Assembly (NCBI GenBank): GCA_032718475.1
Contig: JAUCBJ010002548.1
Coordinates: 1-32,576, forward strand
Source: Nemertoderma westbladi
Taxonomy: Eukaryota > Animalia > Xenacoelomorpha
Direction: 5' to 3'
Length of the DNA: 32,576 nt
Both the position numbers and the translations under genes were made by a program. Shown piece after piece: positions 32,047 to 32,576 of the stretch (within the stretch, counting starts at the first letter, position 1; each line of letters begins with the position of its first letter). The notes below the pieces were generated by a model, which worked only from the letters and a program-made list of their open reading frames with translations, was not told where the DNA came from and made no database searches.

Positions 32047-32576
32047 TGTGACGGGATCCAGATAAGATCCCGGTTTATCCGTTTGTCAGTTCACTCGTCC
32101 CCGCCGTGTATGAAAGATAAAGGAGTTTGTGCTGTTCGTCGTATATAATATTTGGGTATACAGATATAGATATAGGTATAGATATGAGATAATATGGTTG
32201 TTGTATACGGAAGGCGGGATACGGTAACTGAAGTCCCGGTACTTCCCTAGCTAAACTATTTCTACACTAGCACCAATATACTGAGATAACTGAATGCTAT
32301 GATTACTGCCAACTGGTTATATTGCACGGGTTGGCCTTGTTACTCTACCTAATCGATGCTTCCTCCCCTCTGATTGGTTGATACCCTTGTTGGCGCCCTT
32401 TGGAGTGTTCCCGTTCACTCCAGCTATTCTCTCTCGGTTAGGGGTTTGGCCCCTGACCCTGGCCGTGTGTTTCTCCTTCCCATTCTGTTGGGGTGACACG
32501 AGTGATTGATTGCCAAATCTCGTGTCCCCCAATATTGCTTAATAACCAACTTTATGGGTTCGTGTTAGCGGGATTG
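32047..32576 (-). mobile_element. 3' end of an LTR related to 8647-11095, continues beyond the window
   Basis: Same TGTGACGGGATCC terminus. On the minus strand TGCAATATAACC, CATTCAGTT and AGTGTAGAA occur in the same order as at 10798-10861. Confidence 0.7.

Noticed and set aside
17045-32148. Dozens of long ORFs (CPLCNNP, VLCVITR, KDTGYYT, QRTRVIT and KGHGLLH repeats) resembling Cys- or His-rich metal-binding proteins
   Set aside because: The 21-bp monomer is a multiple of 3 and stop-free in 5 of 6 frames. Frequent 20-bp variants shift the frames freely, so no reading frame is being preserved.

Overview
This is AT-rich eukaryotic (invertebrate-like) genomic DNA made up almost entirely of repeats; the species cannot be determined from the sequence. 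From left to right: the 5' half of a Gypsy LTR retrotransposon on the minus strand (gag with two CCHC knuckles, a -1 frameshift signal, and an open pol frame running off the window); small minisatellites; tRNA-derived SINEs; a decayed LINE split by a young RTE-clade LINE; a PAN/Apple-domain exon plus two candidate phase-1 micro-exons of a plus-strand host gene; a fold-back Penelope-like fragment with a truncated hammerhead core; a 2.4-kb TGT...ACA LTR-like element; two more RTE copies back to back; and a Helitron-like element with ~465-bp internal repeats. The last 15 kb is a 21-bp satellite (~600 monomers with higher-order structure), interrupted by an intact-ORF L2/Crack-type LINE and ended by a second LTR. 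I see no clear-cut new biological system. The best leads are the Gypsy pol features (frameshift hairpin, PAM2-like motif, atypical protease site), the hammerhead fold-back, and the AG-free, TAACCC-containing satellite that probably lies in an intron. All ORFs within the satellite are treated as artefacts.
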